A stretch of 64,000 nucleotides of DNA from Ranitomeya imitator (Eukaryota), in NCBI RefSeq assembly GCF_032444005.1, contig NC_091291.1:141174001-141238000 (forward strand), given 5' to 3'. Shown piece after piece: positions 1-11,982 of this stretch; within the stretch, counting starts at the first letter, position 1, and every line of letters begins with the position of its first letter. Position numbers and translations under genes: made by a program. The notes under the pieces were generated by a model, which searched no databases, was not told the origin of the DNA, and saw nothing but the letters and a program-made list of their open reading frames with translations.

Positions 1-175
1 AGGGTAAGGGAAGGAGAGAGGAGAGGATGGAAGGGGCAGGGAATGATGGAAGAGAGGATGGAAGGCTCAGGAAAGGATGGAGAGGACAGAAGGGTCAAAG
101 AAGGAGAGAGGAGAGGACGGAAGGGTCAGGGAAGGATGGAGGAGAGGACAGATGGAGAAGGAGGGAGGAGGATAG
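1..175. repeat. Polypurine (GA-rich) low-complexity tract
   Basis: AGGGAAGGAGAGGAGAGG-type sequence, almost devoid of pyrimidines. Confidence 0.85.
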
Positions 176-537
176 CTGTGTTTGGCTGCAGCTTTCTCTC
201 CTCTCCCCATTGAAAACCAGATGCGCACCTGAAGACCTGAGATTTAACAGGGTACTTCCATCTCAGTGAGTGATGACATAACTGGGATGTGCAGCAGTGG
301 TGGTCTGACCTCTGGGACCCTCACTGACCTTAAGAATGATAGGACCTCAGCACTGTGTCCCTGTTATTGCTTTTCTCTGGAGAAGGGTTTTCCATTCCAG
401 TCAATGGTTTGACTGGATTTTTCTGTCCATTATGGTGGCCGCTCCTGTGTATGCAGGAAACATGGCCAATAAGGAAGCAGTGGGGCGATCATTCTCCGGA
501 TCTGTGCTGGTCCCAGTGGTCGGATTCCCAACAATCA

Positions 538-815
538 TTAAAGAGGCGCTGTCACCAGGTCAGAAGCGGACGGCGTTTGCTCTTCATTTCTTTCCGCTGA
601 TTATTCCTCTTTTTGTTTTTTTAACCCATCATATGGTTCCAGAGTTACAAACTTTTATAGCCTTTAAAAAGGAGGCGGCGCTCACAGGGTAATAATACAG
701 AGTCATACAGACACGCCCCGGAGGATCTGTGAGCCACACCCCCTTGTAAAGACTATAAAAACTTGTACTGAATGAAAAGGCCCATACCTCTGCAACTGTA
801 GAGTTACTAATAATA
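538..815. mobile_element. Probable truncated T2/Kolobok-type MITE
   Basis: Begins TTAAAGAGGCGCTGTCACCA, resembling the TTAA-AGG..CTGTCACCA termini of frog T2 MITEs, with imperfect internal palindromy. No right terminus seen before the minisatellite. Confidence 0.35.
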
Positions 816-825
816 ATAATTAATA

Positions 826-3800
826 GGCACATCCCTATACCTCCCATACAGCCGTCACCGCACAGATCTGTCACCTATAGCTCCCATACAGCCGTCACCC
901 ACCACACAGCACAGATGTCACCTATACCTCCCATACAGCCGTCACCACACAGCACAGATCTGTCACCTATACCTCCCATACAGCCGTTACCACAGATCTG
1001 TCACCTATACCTCCCATACAGCCGTCACCGCACAGATCTGTCACCTATAGCTCCCATACAGCCGTCACCCACCACACAGCACAGATGTCACCTATACCTC
1101 CCATACAGCCGTCACCACACAGCACAGATCTGTCACCTATACCTCCCATACAGCCGTTACCACAGATCTGTCACCTATACCTCCCATACAGCCGTCACCG
1201 CACAGATCTGTCACCTATAGCTCCCATACAGCCGTCACCCACCACACAGCACAGATGTCACCTATACCTCCCATACAGCCGTCACCACACAGCACAGATC
1301 TGTCACCTATAGCTCCCATACAGCCGTTACCACAGATCTGTCACCTATACCTCCCATACAGCCGTCACCACACAGCACAGATCTGTCACCTATACCTCCC
1401 ATACAGCCGTTACCACACAGCACAGATCTGTCACCTATAGCTCCCATACAGCCGTCACCACACAGCACAGATCTGTCACCTATAGCTCCCATACAGCCGT
1501 CACCACACAGGACAGATCTGTCACCTATACCTCCCATACAGCCGTTACCACACAGCACAGATCTGTCACCTATAGCTCCCATACAGCCGTCACCACACAG
1601 CACAGATCTGTCACCTATAGCTCCCATACAGCCGTCACCACACAGGACAGATCTGTCACCTATACCTCCCATACAGCCGTCACAGCACAGCACAGATCTG
1701 TCACCTATAGCTCCCATACAGCCATCACAGCACAGCACAGATCTGCCACCTATACCTCCCATACAGCCGTCACCACACAGCACAGATCTGTCACCTATAC
1801 CTCCCATACAGCCGTCACCACACAGCACAGATCTGTCACCTATACCTCCCATACAGCCGTTACCACACAGATCTGTCACCTATACCTCCCATACAGCCGT
1901 CACCGCACAGATCTGTCACCTATAGCTCCCATACAGCCGTCACCACACAGCACAGATCTGTCACCTATAGCTCCCATACAGCCGTCACCACACAGCACAG
2001 ATCTGTCACCTATAGCTCCCATACAGCCGTCACCCACCACACAGCACAGATGTCACCTATACCTCCCATACAGCCGTCACCACACAGCACAGATCTGTCA
2101 CCTATACCTCCCATACAGCCGTTACCACAGATCTGTCACCTATACCTCCCATACAGCCGTCACCGCACAGATCTGTCACCTATAGCTCCCATACAGCCGT
2201 CACCCACCACACAGCACAGATGTCACCTATACCTCCCATACAGCCGTCACCACACAGCACAGATCTGTCACCTATACCTCCCATACAGCCGTTACCACAC
2301 AGCACAGATCTGTCACCTATAGCTCCCATACAGCCGTCACCACACAGCACAGATCTGTCACCTATAGCTCCCATACAGCCGTCACCACACAGGACAGATC
2401 TGTCACCTATACCTCCCATACAGCCGTCACAGCACAGCACAGATCTGTCACCTATAGCTCCCATACAGCCATCACAGCACAGATCTGCCACCTATACCTC
2501 CCATACAGCCGTCACCACACAGCACAGCTCTGTCACCTATAGCTCCCATACAGCCGTTACCACACAGATCTGTCACCTATACCTCCCATACAGCCGTCAC
2601 CGCACAGATCTGTCACCTATAGCTCCCATACAGCCGTCACCACACAGCACAGATCTGTCACCTATAGCTCCCATACAGCCGTCACCACACAGCACAGATC
2701 TGTCACCTATAGCTCCCATACAGCCGTCACCCACCACACAGCACAGATGTCACCTATACCTCCCATACAGCCGTCACCACACAGCACAGATCTGTCACCT
2801 ATACCTCCCATACAGCCGTCACCGCACAGATCTGTCACCTATAGCTCCCATACAGCCGTCACCACACAGCACAGATCTGTCACCTATACCTCCCATACAG
2901 CCGTCACCACACAGCACAGATCTGTCACCTATAGCTCCCATACAGCTGTCACAGCACAGCACAGATCTGTCATCTATACCTCCCATACAGCCATCACAGC
3001 ACAGCACAGATCTGCCATCTATACCTCCCATATAGCCGTCACCGCACAGCACAGATCTGTCACCTATACCTCCCATACAGCCGTCACCACACAGCACAGA
3101 TCTGTCACCTATACCTCCCATACAGCCGTCACCACACAGCACAGATCTGTCACCTATACCTCCCATACAGCCGTCACCACACAGCACAGATCTGTCACCT
3201 ATACCTTCCATACAGCCGTCACCACACAGCACAGATCTGTCACCTATAGCTCCCATACAGCTGTCACCACACAGATCTGTCACCTATACCTCCCATACAA
3301 ACGTCACAGCACAGATATGTCACCTATAGCTCCCATACAGCCGTCACCGCACAGCACAGATCTGTCACCTATACCTCCCATACAGCCGTCACAGCACAGC
3401 ACAGATCTGTCACCTATACCTCCCATACAGCCGTCACCACACAGCACAGATCTGTCACCTATACCTCCCATACAGCCGTCACCACACAGCATAGATCTGT
3501 CACCTATACCTCCCATACAGCCGCCACCGCACCGCACAGATCTGTCACCTATACCGCCCATACAGCCGCCAACGCACCGCACAGATCTGTCACCTATACC
3601 TCCCATACAGCTGTCACCACACAGCACAGATCTGTCACCTATACCTCTCATACAAACGTCACAGCACAGATCTGTCACCTATAGCTCCCATACAGACGTC
3701 ACAGCACAGATCTGTCACCTATAGCTCCCATACAGCCGTCACCGCACAGCACAGATCTGTCACCTATAGCTCCCATACAGCCGTCACCGCACAGCACAGA

Positions 3801-4620
3801 TCTGTCACCTATACCTTCCATACAGACGTCACGGCACAGATCTGTCACCTATACCTCCCATACAGCAGTCACGGCACCTCACAGATCTGCCACCTATAGC
3901 TCCCATACAGCCGTCACCGCACAGATCTGTCACCTATACCGCCCATACAGCCGTCACGGCACCTCACAGATCTGTCACCTATACCTCCCATACAGCCGTC
4001 ACCGCACTGCACAGATCTGTCACCTATACCTCCCATACAGACGTCACAGCACAGATCTGTCACCTATACTGCCCATACAGCCGTCACCACACAGCACAGA
4101 TCTGTCACCTATAGCTCCCATACAGACGTCACAGCACAGATCTGTCACCTATACTGCCCATACAGCCGTCACCACACAGCACAGATCTGTCACCTATAGC
4201 TCCCATACAGCCGTCACCACACAGATCTGTTACCTATACCTCCCATATAACCGTCACCACACAGCACAGATCTGCCACCTATACCGCCCATACAGCCGTC
4301 ACCACACAGCACAGATCTGCCACCTATACAGCCGTCACCACACAGCACAGATCTGTCACCTATAGCTCCCATACAGCCGTCACCACACAGCACAGATCTG
4401 TCACCTATACCGCCCATACAGCCGTCACCGCACCTCACAGATCTGCCACCTATACCTCCCATACAGGTATATATGTCACAGCACAGCACAGATCTGTCAC
4501 CTATACCGCCCATACAGCCGTCACCGCACTGCACAGATCCATCACCTATACCTCCCATACAGGTATATATATCACCGCACAGATCAGTCACCTATACAGG
4601 TATATATAGCACCGCATAAA
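826..4620. repeat. 45/40-bp minisatellite in ACAD8 intron 7 (~85 units)
   Basis: Unit CAGATCTGTCACCTATA(C/G)CTCCCATACAGCCGTCACC(ACACAG)CA; 170-bp higher-order period at 915/1085/1255 and 2050/2220. Confidence 0.97.
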
Positions 4621-4635
4621 TCTGCCGGCTCTCAC

Positions 4636-7600
4636 CTATGTTTATCCTCCCTCCATTCAGTCCTTTCATTGCAATCAGGAATCCTTGGCCTTCCTCACCG
4701 AGCCGGTTTGATACGGGGACGACACAATCCTCAAATATCACCGCTCTTGTTGGCTGCGAGTTCCACCCAACCTGCAGCAGAAATCATTGCGGGGTCACAA
4801 AGGAGAAGACCGGAAACACTCAGCTTTCTGCAGATCCTGAATGGCCTATAAATCAGTACAGGTATACATACCTCCACACATCCAATCCAATGCAGGTCTC
4901 TACACAGCAATTGGCAGGCCACTCAGGGACGTCACCCAGCTTTCTACAGATCCTGAATGGCAGATTTAACTTGCAAAAAGAGGGGTGACAACACTGTCCG
5001 TGCTGCGCTCAGCAGATTGGATGATTATGGGCGAGTGCCGTGAGGCTGTGCAGGTGATTGCACGGTCACACACTAACAGTATCAGTACCAGGTCACACTC
5101 CCTTATTTTGCACACAGATCCGATTTGCCTCCTCACCTTTTTTTCTTTCTTTCCAAAGCTGAGCCCCGGTGTCCCCTTCTCCACCACCAGGCAGGAGATG
5201 CCCCGCGATCCGCTGCCCCCCGTCCTGCACATCACTAGGTACACATCTGTGTCTCCTCCACCGCTGATGAAAGCCTGGAGGATGAAGACGGGAGTGACAA
5301 CGAGCTGCACCCTACAACATTCATGTTACAGCTGAACATCACTCAAATCCTGACACCTGGAGTGGAAACCGTCCTCCTCCTCCCCAGAGGCCGGGAAGCT
5401 GAGATACGAGGCGCTGTTTGTATGGTGAACCATAGATTTACCAGTGATGACAAATGCCAACAGCCCCACATATCTCAGCTTCCCGAGTCCCTACCGGACA
5501 GATCTGTGGTCACATCCAGCACCTTGGATCCATTCAGGAGGTAGTGATCGCCGTCCCGCTTTGCAGATGTCAGCAGAGACGCTGCGTCACTTCCACTGCC
5601 TGGGAATAGCCAGAGAGGAGCGTATCAGTAACATGTCCTCCCGAGGAGGTATACGGTATATACACTGCGATCAGTACTCACCTGGCTCCGTCAGACAGTA
5701 AGACGCAAACTTCTCCATGCTGCAGAGCGCGGGGCAGAGCCGATGCCGCTGATCATCGTTCCCAAACGTGTCGATCATCCAAACACACATACTGAGGGGG
5801 GAGCAGACCATGAACGTGAGCGTCACAGACCACCCGTACAGAGACTGTGAAGGGTTAAACTAAACTAAAGGGCTTAATTTTGTGCTTTTCGAATCCATCT
5901 TGCTGTTTTGAGATAAATTCTGTTACTGGGCTAAAGTTCACAGCTGTTATGAGACCTTGATTGTTTCAGCCTGAACAAGATATGACACTGAGGGTGTATT
6001 GTTCTACGAGACCTTGTCGTACAAGCTGTTCCTGCATTCTTATAGGTTAATAACTGTGAGCGTGTTCTTATGTTGATTGGTTGAAGCATAACTTGTTAAG
6101 ATTATGAAAAGTGTGACACAATAAACGGGGGTCAGAGATCTGCTCGATCCTCCCAAACAGAGACACAGAGACATACGTCTCCGTCTGGTCATTTTCAGTT
6201 GCCTGCAAAACGCCCTGTGGATCAATTTGAAAATCGCTGAGTCAACCGTGAAGGGTCACTTCAGATCCTCCCCCAACAAGACCCCCCTGTACCACATGTC
6301 ACTGCCCCTGCATCAATAGGACGACAGGTGCCGGATTAGAGGAGATGCCGGATTAGAGAAGATTCCGGATTATCAGGGCGGTCATAGAGAAGTATCCAGA
6401 GCTCACTGGTCAGGGAAGAGAGACTCCAGGAAGGAAATATCTAAGGAGGGATCGCCCGAGGCCGCAAAGATGACTTCTGTTCCCCCTGCAAACGCTCCCA
6501 GCAGCCCGGACCCCATCATCACACATGGGGGGCACAGGCTAGAACAGCCAGATTACAGGAGGGAAGAGGAAGATTATTATTATCGTCCCGAAATTAACGA
6601 GGACGTCCAGCAACGGTCTGATGTGTCATCTACTACAACATTGATTTAAGAAGCTTTTGGGGCATTTTATGTTTTTGTTTCTGCTTCGTACTAGTCGTTT
6701 ACAGACAGATGAAATGTGCACAATACGCAGAAACGTCCGGGGTCCCACGGCACATTCATGGGGGGCTATATTTTTTCAGTCCCATCGTCCCTCCCGTATG
6801 AAGGCCGTCCCCATTTTCCCCTGGTGTATACCATTCAGCCACATTGCCCCCACGGGTACAACATCCGACCCCTAGCCACCCAATCTGTAATACATCCGGG
6901 TCCTCACTGCTGGTGTATAACCTCCGGCCCCTCACATCTCCCCTCCAGTGTATAGCCTCGGCCCCTCACACCCCCCCTCCAGTGTATAGCCTCGGCCCCT
7001 CACACCCCCCCTCCAGTGTATAGCCTCGGCCCCTCACATCCCCCCTCCAGTGTATAGCCTCGGCCCCTCACACCCCCCCTCCAGTGTATAGCCTCCGGCC
7101 CCTCACACCCCCCCCCTCCAGTGTATAGCCTCCGGCCCCTCACACCCCCCCTCCAGTGTATAGCATCCGGCCCCCCACACCCCCCTTCCAGTGTATATCC
7201 TCCGGCCCCTCACACCCCCCCTCCAGTGTATATCCTCCGGCCCCTCACACCCCCCCTCCAGTGTATATCCTCCAGCCCCTCACATCCTCCCTCCAGTGTA
7301 TATCCTCCGGCCCCTCTCACCCTCCCTCCAGTGTATATCCTCCGGCCCCTCACCCCCCCCCCTCCAGTGTATATCCTCCGGCCCCTCACATCCCCCCTCC
7401 AGTGTATATCCTCCGACCCCTCACATCCCCCCTCCAGTGTATATCCTCCGGCCCCTCACATCCCCCCTCCAGTGTATATCCTCCGGCCCCTCACATCCCC
7501 CCTCCAGTGTATAGCCTCCGACCCCTCACACCCCCCCCTCCAGTGTACAGCCTCCGACCCCTCACCCCCCCTCCAGTGTATAGCCTCCACCCCTCACACA

Positions 7601-10600
7601 CCCCCTCCAGTGTATAGCCTCCACCCCTCACACCCCCTCCAGTGAATAGCCTCCGGCCCCTCACACCCCCCCTCCAGTGTATAGCCTCCACCCCTCACAC
7701 CCCCCCTCCAGTGTATAGCCTCCACCCCTCACACCCCCTCCAGTGTATAGCCTCTGGCCCCTCACACCCCCCCTTCAGTGTATAGCCTCCACCCCTCACA
7801 CCCCCCTCCAGTGTATAGCCTCCGGCCCCTCACACCCCCTCCAGTGCATAGCCTCCCAACCCCCCCCACACCTCCCCCTTCAGTGTATAGCCTTCAGCCC
7901 CTCACACCCCCCCTCCAGTGTATATCCTCTGACCCCTCACACCCCCCCTCCAGTGTATATCCTCCGGCCCCTCACACCCCCCCTCCAGTGTATAGCCTCC
8001 CACCCCTCCCCCTCCAGTGTATAGCCTCCACCCCTCACACACCCCCTCCAGTGTATAGCCTCCACCCCTCACACCCCCTCCAGTGTATAGCCTCCACCCC
8101 TCACACCCCCCCTCCAGTGTATAGCCTCCACCCCTCACACCCCCTCCAGTGTATAGCCTCCACCCCTCACACCCCCCCTCTAGTGTATAGCCTCCACCCC
8201 TCACACCCCCTCCAGTGTATAGCCTCTGGCCCCTCACACCCCCCCTTCAGTGTATAGCCTCCACCCCTCACATCCCCCTCCAGTGTATAGCCTCCGGCCC
8301 CTCACACCCCCTCCAGTGCATAGCCTCCCACCCCTCACACCTCCCCCTTCAGTGTATAGCCTCCAGCCCCTCACACCCCCCCTCCAGTGTATATCCTCTG
8401 ACCCCTCACACCCCCCCTCCAGTGTATATCCTCCGGCCCCTCACACCCCCCCTCCAGTGTATAGCCTCCTCCCCCTCCAGTGTATAGCCTCCGGCCCCTC
8501 ACCCCCCCCCCTCCAGTGTATATCCTCCGGCCCCTCACATCCCCCCTCCAGTGTATATCCTCTGGCCCCTCACATCCCCCCTCCAGTGTATAGCCTCCGG
8601 CCCCTCACACCCCCCCTCCAGTGTATAGCCTCCACCCCTCACATCCCCCCACCAGTGTATAGCCTCCACCCCTCACACCCCCTCCAGTGTATATCCTCCG
8701 GCCCCTCACACCCCCCCCCCTCACACAATTGCATATGGTGTAGAACTGTAGATGCAGGACAGAGAAGCCCTGGTGATGTAAAGTGGAGGGGGCACATACT
8801 TTTCTGTACATAGTGTATACAGACATTACACATTGGAGCCCATATAGTGCAATCTCCTGTGCAGGATGCAACGTGATCTATGCAGGGGTGCGGGGCGCGG
8901 CATGGTCCATGTCGGGGTGCGGGGTGAGGGTCGTCACGTGGCCCATGGGGGGGCACAGCGCAGTCTGCGGGGGAGCACATTGATGCGATCCATGGGTTGG
9001 TGCTGGTCGTCGCATGGTCTGTGGGGTTGCAGTGCAGTCTGTGGGGCGGTGCGGGTCGTTGTGCGGTCCGTGGGGCGGTGCGGGTCATTGTGCGGTCCGT
9101 GGGGCGGTGCGGGTCATTGTGCGGTCCGTGGGGCGGTGCCGGTCGTTGTGCGGTCCGTGGGGCGGTGCGGGTCGTTGTGTGCTCCTTGGGGCGGTGCGGG
9201 TCATTGTGCGGTCCGTGGGGCGGTGCGGGTCGTTGTGCGGTCCGTGGGGCGGTGCGGGTCGTTGTGCGGTCCGTGGGGCAGGGCGGTGCGGGTCGTTGTG
9301 CGGTCCGTGGGGCGGTGCCGGTCGTTGTGCGGTCTGTGGGGCGGTGCGGGTCGTTGTGCGGTCCGTGGGGCGGTGCGGGTCGTTGTGCGGTCCGTGGGGC
9401 GGTGCGGGTCATTGTGCGGTCCGTGGGGCAGGGCGGTGCGGGTCGTTGTGCGGTCCGTGGGGCAGGGCGGGTCGTTGTGCGGTCCGTGGGGCGGTGCGGG
9501 TCGTTGTGCGGTCCGTGGGGCGGTGCGGGTCGTTGTGCGGTCCGTGGGGCGGTGCGGGTCGTTGTGCGGTCCGTGGGGCGGTGCCGGTCGTTGTGCGGTC
9601 CGTGGGGCGGTGCGGGTCGTTGTGCGGTCCGTGGGGCGGTGCCGGTCGTTGTGCGGTCTGTGGGGCGGTGCGGGTCGTTGTGCGGTGCCGGTCGTTGTGC
9701 GGTCTGTGGGGCGGTGCGGGTCGTTGTGCGGTCCGTGGGGCGGTGCGGGTCGTTGTGCGGTGCCGGTCGTTGTGCGGTCTGTGGGGCGGTGCGGGTCGTT
9801 GTGCGGTCCGTGGGGCGGTGCGGGTCGTTGTGCGGTCCGTGGGGCGGTGCGGGTCGTTGTGCGGTCCGTGGGGCGGTGCGGGTCGTTGTGCGGTCCGTGG
9901 GGCGGTGCGGGTCGTTGTGCGGTCCGTGGGGCGGTGCCGGTCGTTGTGCGGTCTGTGGGGCGGTGCGGGTCGTTGTGCGGTGCCGGTCGTTGTGCGGTCT
10001 GTGGGGCGGTGCGGGTCGTTGTGCGGTCCGTGGGGCGGTGCGGGTCGTTGTGCGGTGCCGGTCGTTGTGCGGTCTGTGGGGCGGTGCGGGTCGTTGTGCG
10101 GTCCGTGGGGCGGTGCGGGTCGTTGTGCGGTCCGTGGGGCGGTGCGGGTCGTTGTGCGGTCCGTGGGGCGGTGCGGGTCGTTGTGCGGTCCGTGGGGCGG
10201 TGCGGGTCGTTGTGCGGTCCGTGGGGCGGTGCGGGTCGTTGTGCGGTCCGTGGGGCGGTGCCGGTCGTTGTGCGGTCCGTGGGGCGGTGCGGGTCGTTGT
10301 GCGGTGCCGGTCGTTGTGCGGTCTGTGGGGCGGTGCGGGTCGTTGTGCGGTCCGTGGGGCGGTGCGGGTCGTTGTGCGGTCCGTGGGGCGGTGCGGGTCG
10401 TTGTGCGGTCCGTGGGGCGGTGCGGGTCGTTGTGCGGTCCGTGGGGCGGTGCGGGTCGTTGTGCGGTCCGTGGGGCGGTGCGGGTCGTTGTGCGGTCCGT
10501 GGGGCGGTGCGGGTCGTTGTGCGGTCCGTGGGGCGGTGCGGGTCGTTGTGCGGTCCGTGGGGCGGTGCGGGTCGTTGTGCGGTCCGTGGGGCAGTGCGGG

Positions 10601-11461
10601 TCGTTGTGCGGTCCGTGGGGCGGTGTGGGTCGTTGTGCTGGCGGTGCCCCCTACTTGTGGATGCTCATGTACGCCGTGGTGCTGACGCATCCTGTAGCCA
10701 GCGCCTCGAATATGATGGAGGTGTCCAGACGAGACAGGCCCGATCCTCCCACGTCTGGACGGGTGTAGATCCCACCGAAGCCGAGCTGTGCCGCCCTCCG
10801 CATGGTCTCCACGGGGAACATCTCCTGTGTGCGGAGGAGGAGGAGGAGATATCGGTCACATTGCAGGATTAGCGCCGCCGCTGTGCGCAGGGAGTGTGCG
10901 GTACTGCAGCTCAGCCCCACATGTCACCACACACATCCCCGGCGGAGCTTCCCCCTCACACGCTCCTTCCTCACCTTCTCATCCCACAGCGCCATGTTTG
11001 GAGACATCTCTTTGGAGGCAAAGTTGAAGGCCACTTTCTGAAACTCCTTCTGCTCCTCACTCAGCCCAATGGAGGCTGCAAAACACGGGAATCACAACAC
11101 CTGCAGCAGAACTACAACTCCCAGCATGCCCTTTTTATAATATCACACCTAGAATTAGTTGCCAAGGGCAACCCCAGTCCTGATAGCGGTTTCCATTCTA
11201 ACCAATCAGAATACAGCATCTTAGTCACATGACAACCCTTGCTCTCTCAGAAGCCGTCATGTGACCTTTCCTGCAGCCGATGAATGACATAAGTCACGTG
11301 TACACCATATTCCCGTTCGCTCCGCCCACTAATTGTTAACCCTTCGTGTCCTTACGATCTACAGCTGAAGCCGTCCCTCTGCCGGGAGCTGCGCTCATCC
11401 CGCTGAGAACATTTCTGAGAGACCGAGAGAGCAGAGATCCGAGCCTGACCCCGAGGGCCAT
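4636..11461 (-). CDS. ACAD8: Isobutyryl-CoA dehydrogenase, mitochondrial; 5' partial (exons 1-7; the remaining exons, 8-11 in human, lie left of position 1)
   Basis: Coding exons (minus strand): 11461-11356, 11075-10975, 10824-10655, 5791-5682, 5599-5523, 5274-5137, 4771-4636; all GT-AG with continuous phase. Translation: [21 protein letters not shown] (Arg-rich, acid-free presequence)...[20 protein letters not shown]...[36 protein letters not shown]...[18 protein letters not shown]...LNGSKAFISGGG...[25 protein letters not shown]...GLNGGRINI, matching recalled vertebrate ACAD8. Confidence 0.97.
5846..6278 (+). mobile_element. Solo LTR (ERV1/Gypsy-type), antisense to ACAD8, in intron 3
   Basis: Starts TGTGAAGGG, ends CCCCAACA; 4-bp target-site duplication AGAC at 5842-5845 and 6279-6282; ATTGG at 6076 and AATAAA at 6120-6125; AT-richer than its flanks. 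Confidence 0.8.
6912..8720. repeat. ~32-34-bp C-rich minisatellite in ACAD8 intron 3
   Basis: Unit CCGGCCCCTCACAC(C)nTCCAGTGTATA(G/T)CCT with a variable C run; G-rich on the ACAD8 sense strand. Confidence 0.97.
9037..10648. repeat. 29-bp CpG-dense minisatellite in ACAD8 intron 3 (~55 units)
   Basis: Unit CGGTGCGGGTCGTTGTGCGGTCCGTGGGG; abuts the exon 3 donor at 10654. Confidence 0.97.
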
Positions 11462-11660
11462 AACTGTGAGCGCCGACGTCGAGCTTGCGGGGCATCACGG
11501 TACATGTAGTTTATATCCCAGGAGATGCACAATTGTGCAGGGAAGAAAGGAAACTACAATTCCCAGCAGCCCGCGCAGAGGGGGCGGAGCTCTGTGGTAT
11601 ATGATCTTCTGATTAGCCAGGCGAAGAGGCTCGTCTTAAAGGAGCCGCCGCTGTTAGGTA
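11462..11660. promoter_or_regulatory. Bidirectional promoter ACAD8/THYN1
   Basis: Divergent 5' ends about 150-200 bp apart; AACTACAATTCCCAGCA (~11552-11568, ZNF143-associated motif typical of bidirectional promoters) and GC box GGGGCGGAG (~11581); CpG-rich. Confidence 0.75.
11590..11657 (+). other. THYN1: Probable non-coding first exon of THYN1 (start approximate)
   Basis: Donor-like TTAG|GTAACT at 11657/11658 just downstream of the GC-box/ACTACA promoter. The ATG-containing exon begins with an acceptor (tttcag at 14066). The TSS cannot be determined from sequence. Confidence 0.5.
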
Positions 11661-11982
11661 ACTATGGCTGGAGGTGTGGGGCCGCACGGTGCTGTGGAGG
11701 AGCGGGCATGCTGGGAGCTGTAGTGCTTACTTTATCATTTACATCGTCTATCTGTAACGTCAGACTCCGCAGCAGCAGAACATCGTCCCACATACTGCAG
11801 AGCAGCGGCCGCCATAGCCCGGAGCATCCCCACACGCCGCAGCACATCGCCAGCCATAGTGACCCGGGCACAGCCGCCCTCTCAGACGGCAGCTTCAGCC
11901 CCATCCGGATCACTGAGCCGCACCCCCCACATCACAGGTCAGCACATGTCTGGACACACGGGAATCCACGGGGCACCGTATA

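Noticed and set aside
268-312. GTGATGA...CTGA box C/D-like pair (similar motifs near 5444 and 53104)
   Set aside because: Too short or lacking a terminal stem and D'/C' boxes, and antisense to the host or overlapping splice signals; no support for a snoRNA.
355-600. Plus-strand ORF with GEGFSIPVNGLTG and IRKQWG, resembling ACAD8 GQGFLIA..GLNG and VRKQFG
   Set aside because: It is on the wrong strand for ACAD8, the spacing between the motifs is ~8 aa off, and short matches of this quality are expected by chance. A tBLASTn of ACAD8 against 300-650 would settle whether it is a retro-fragment.
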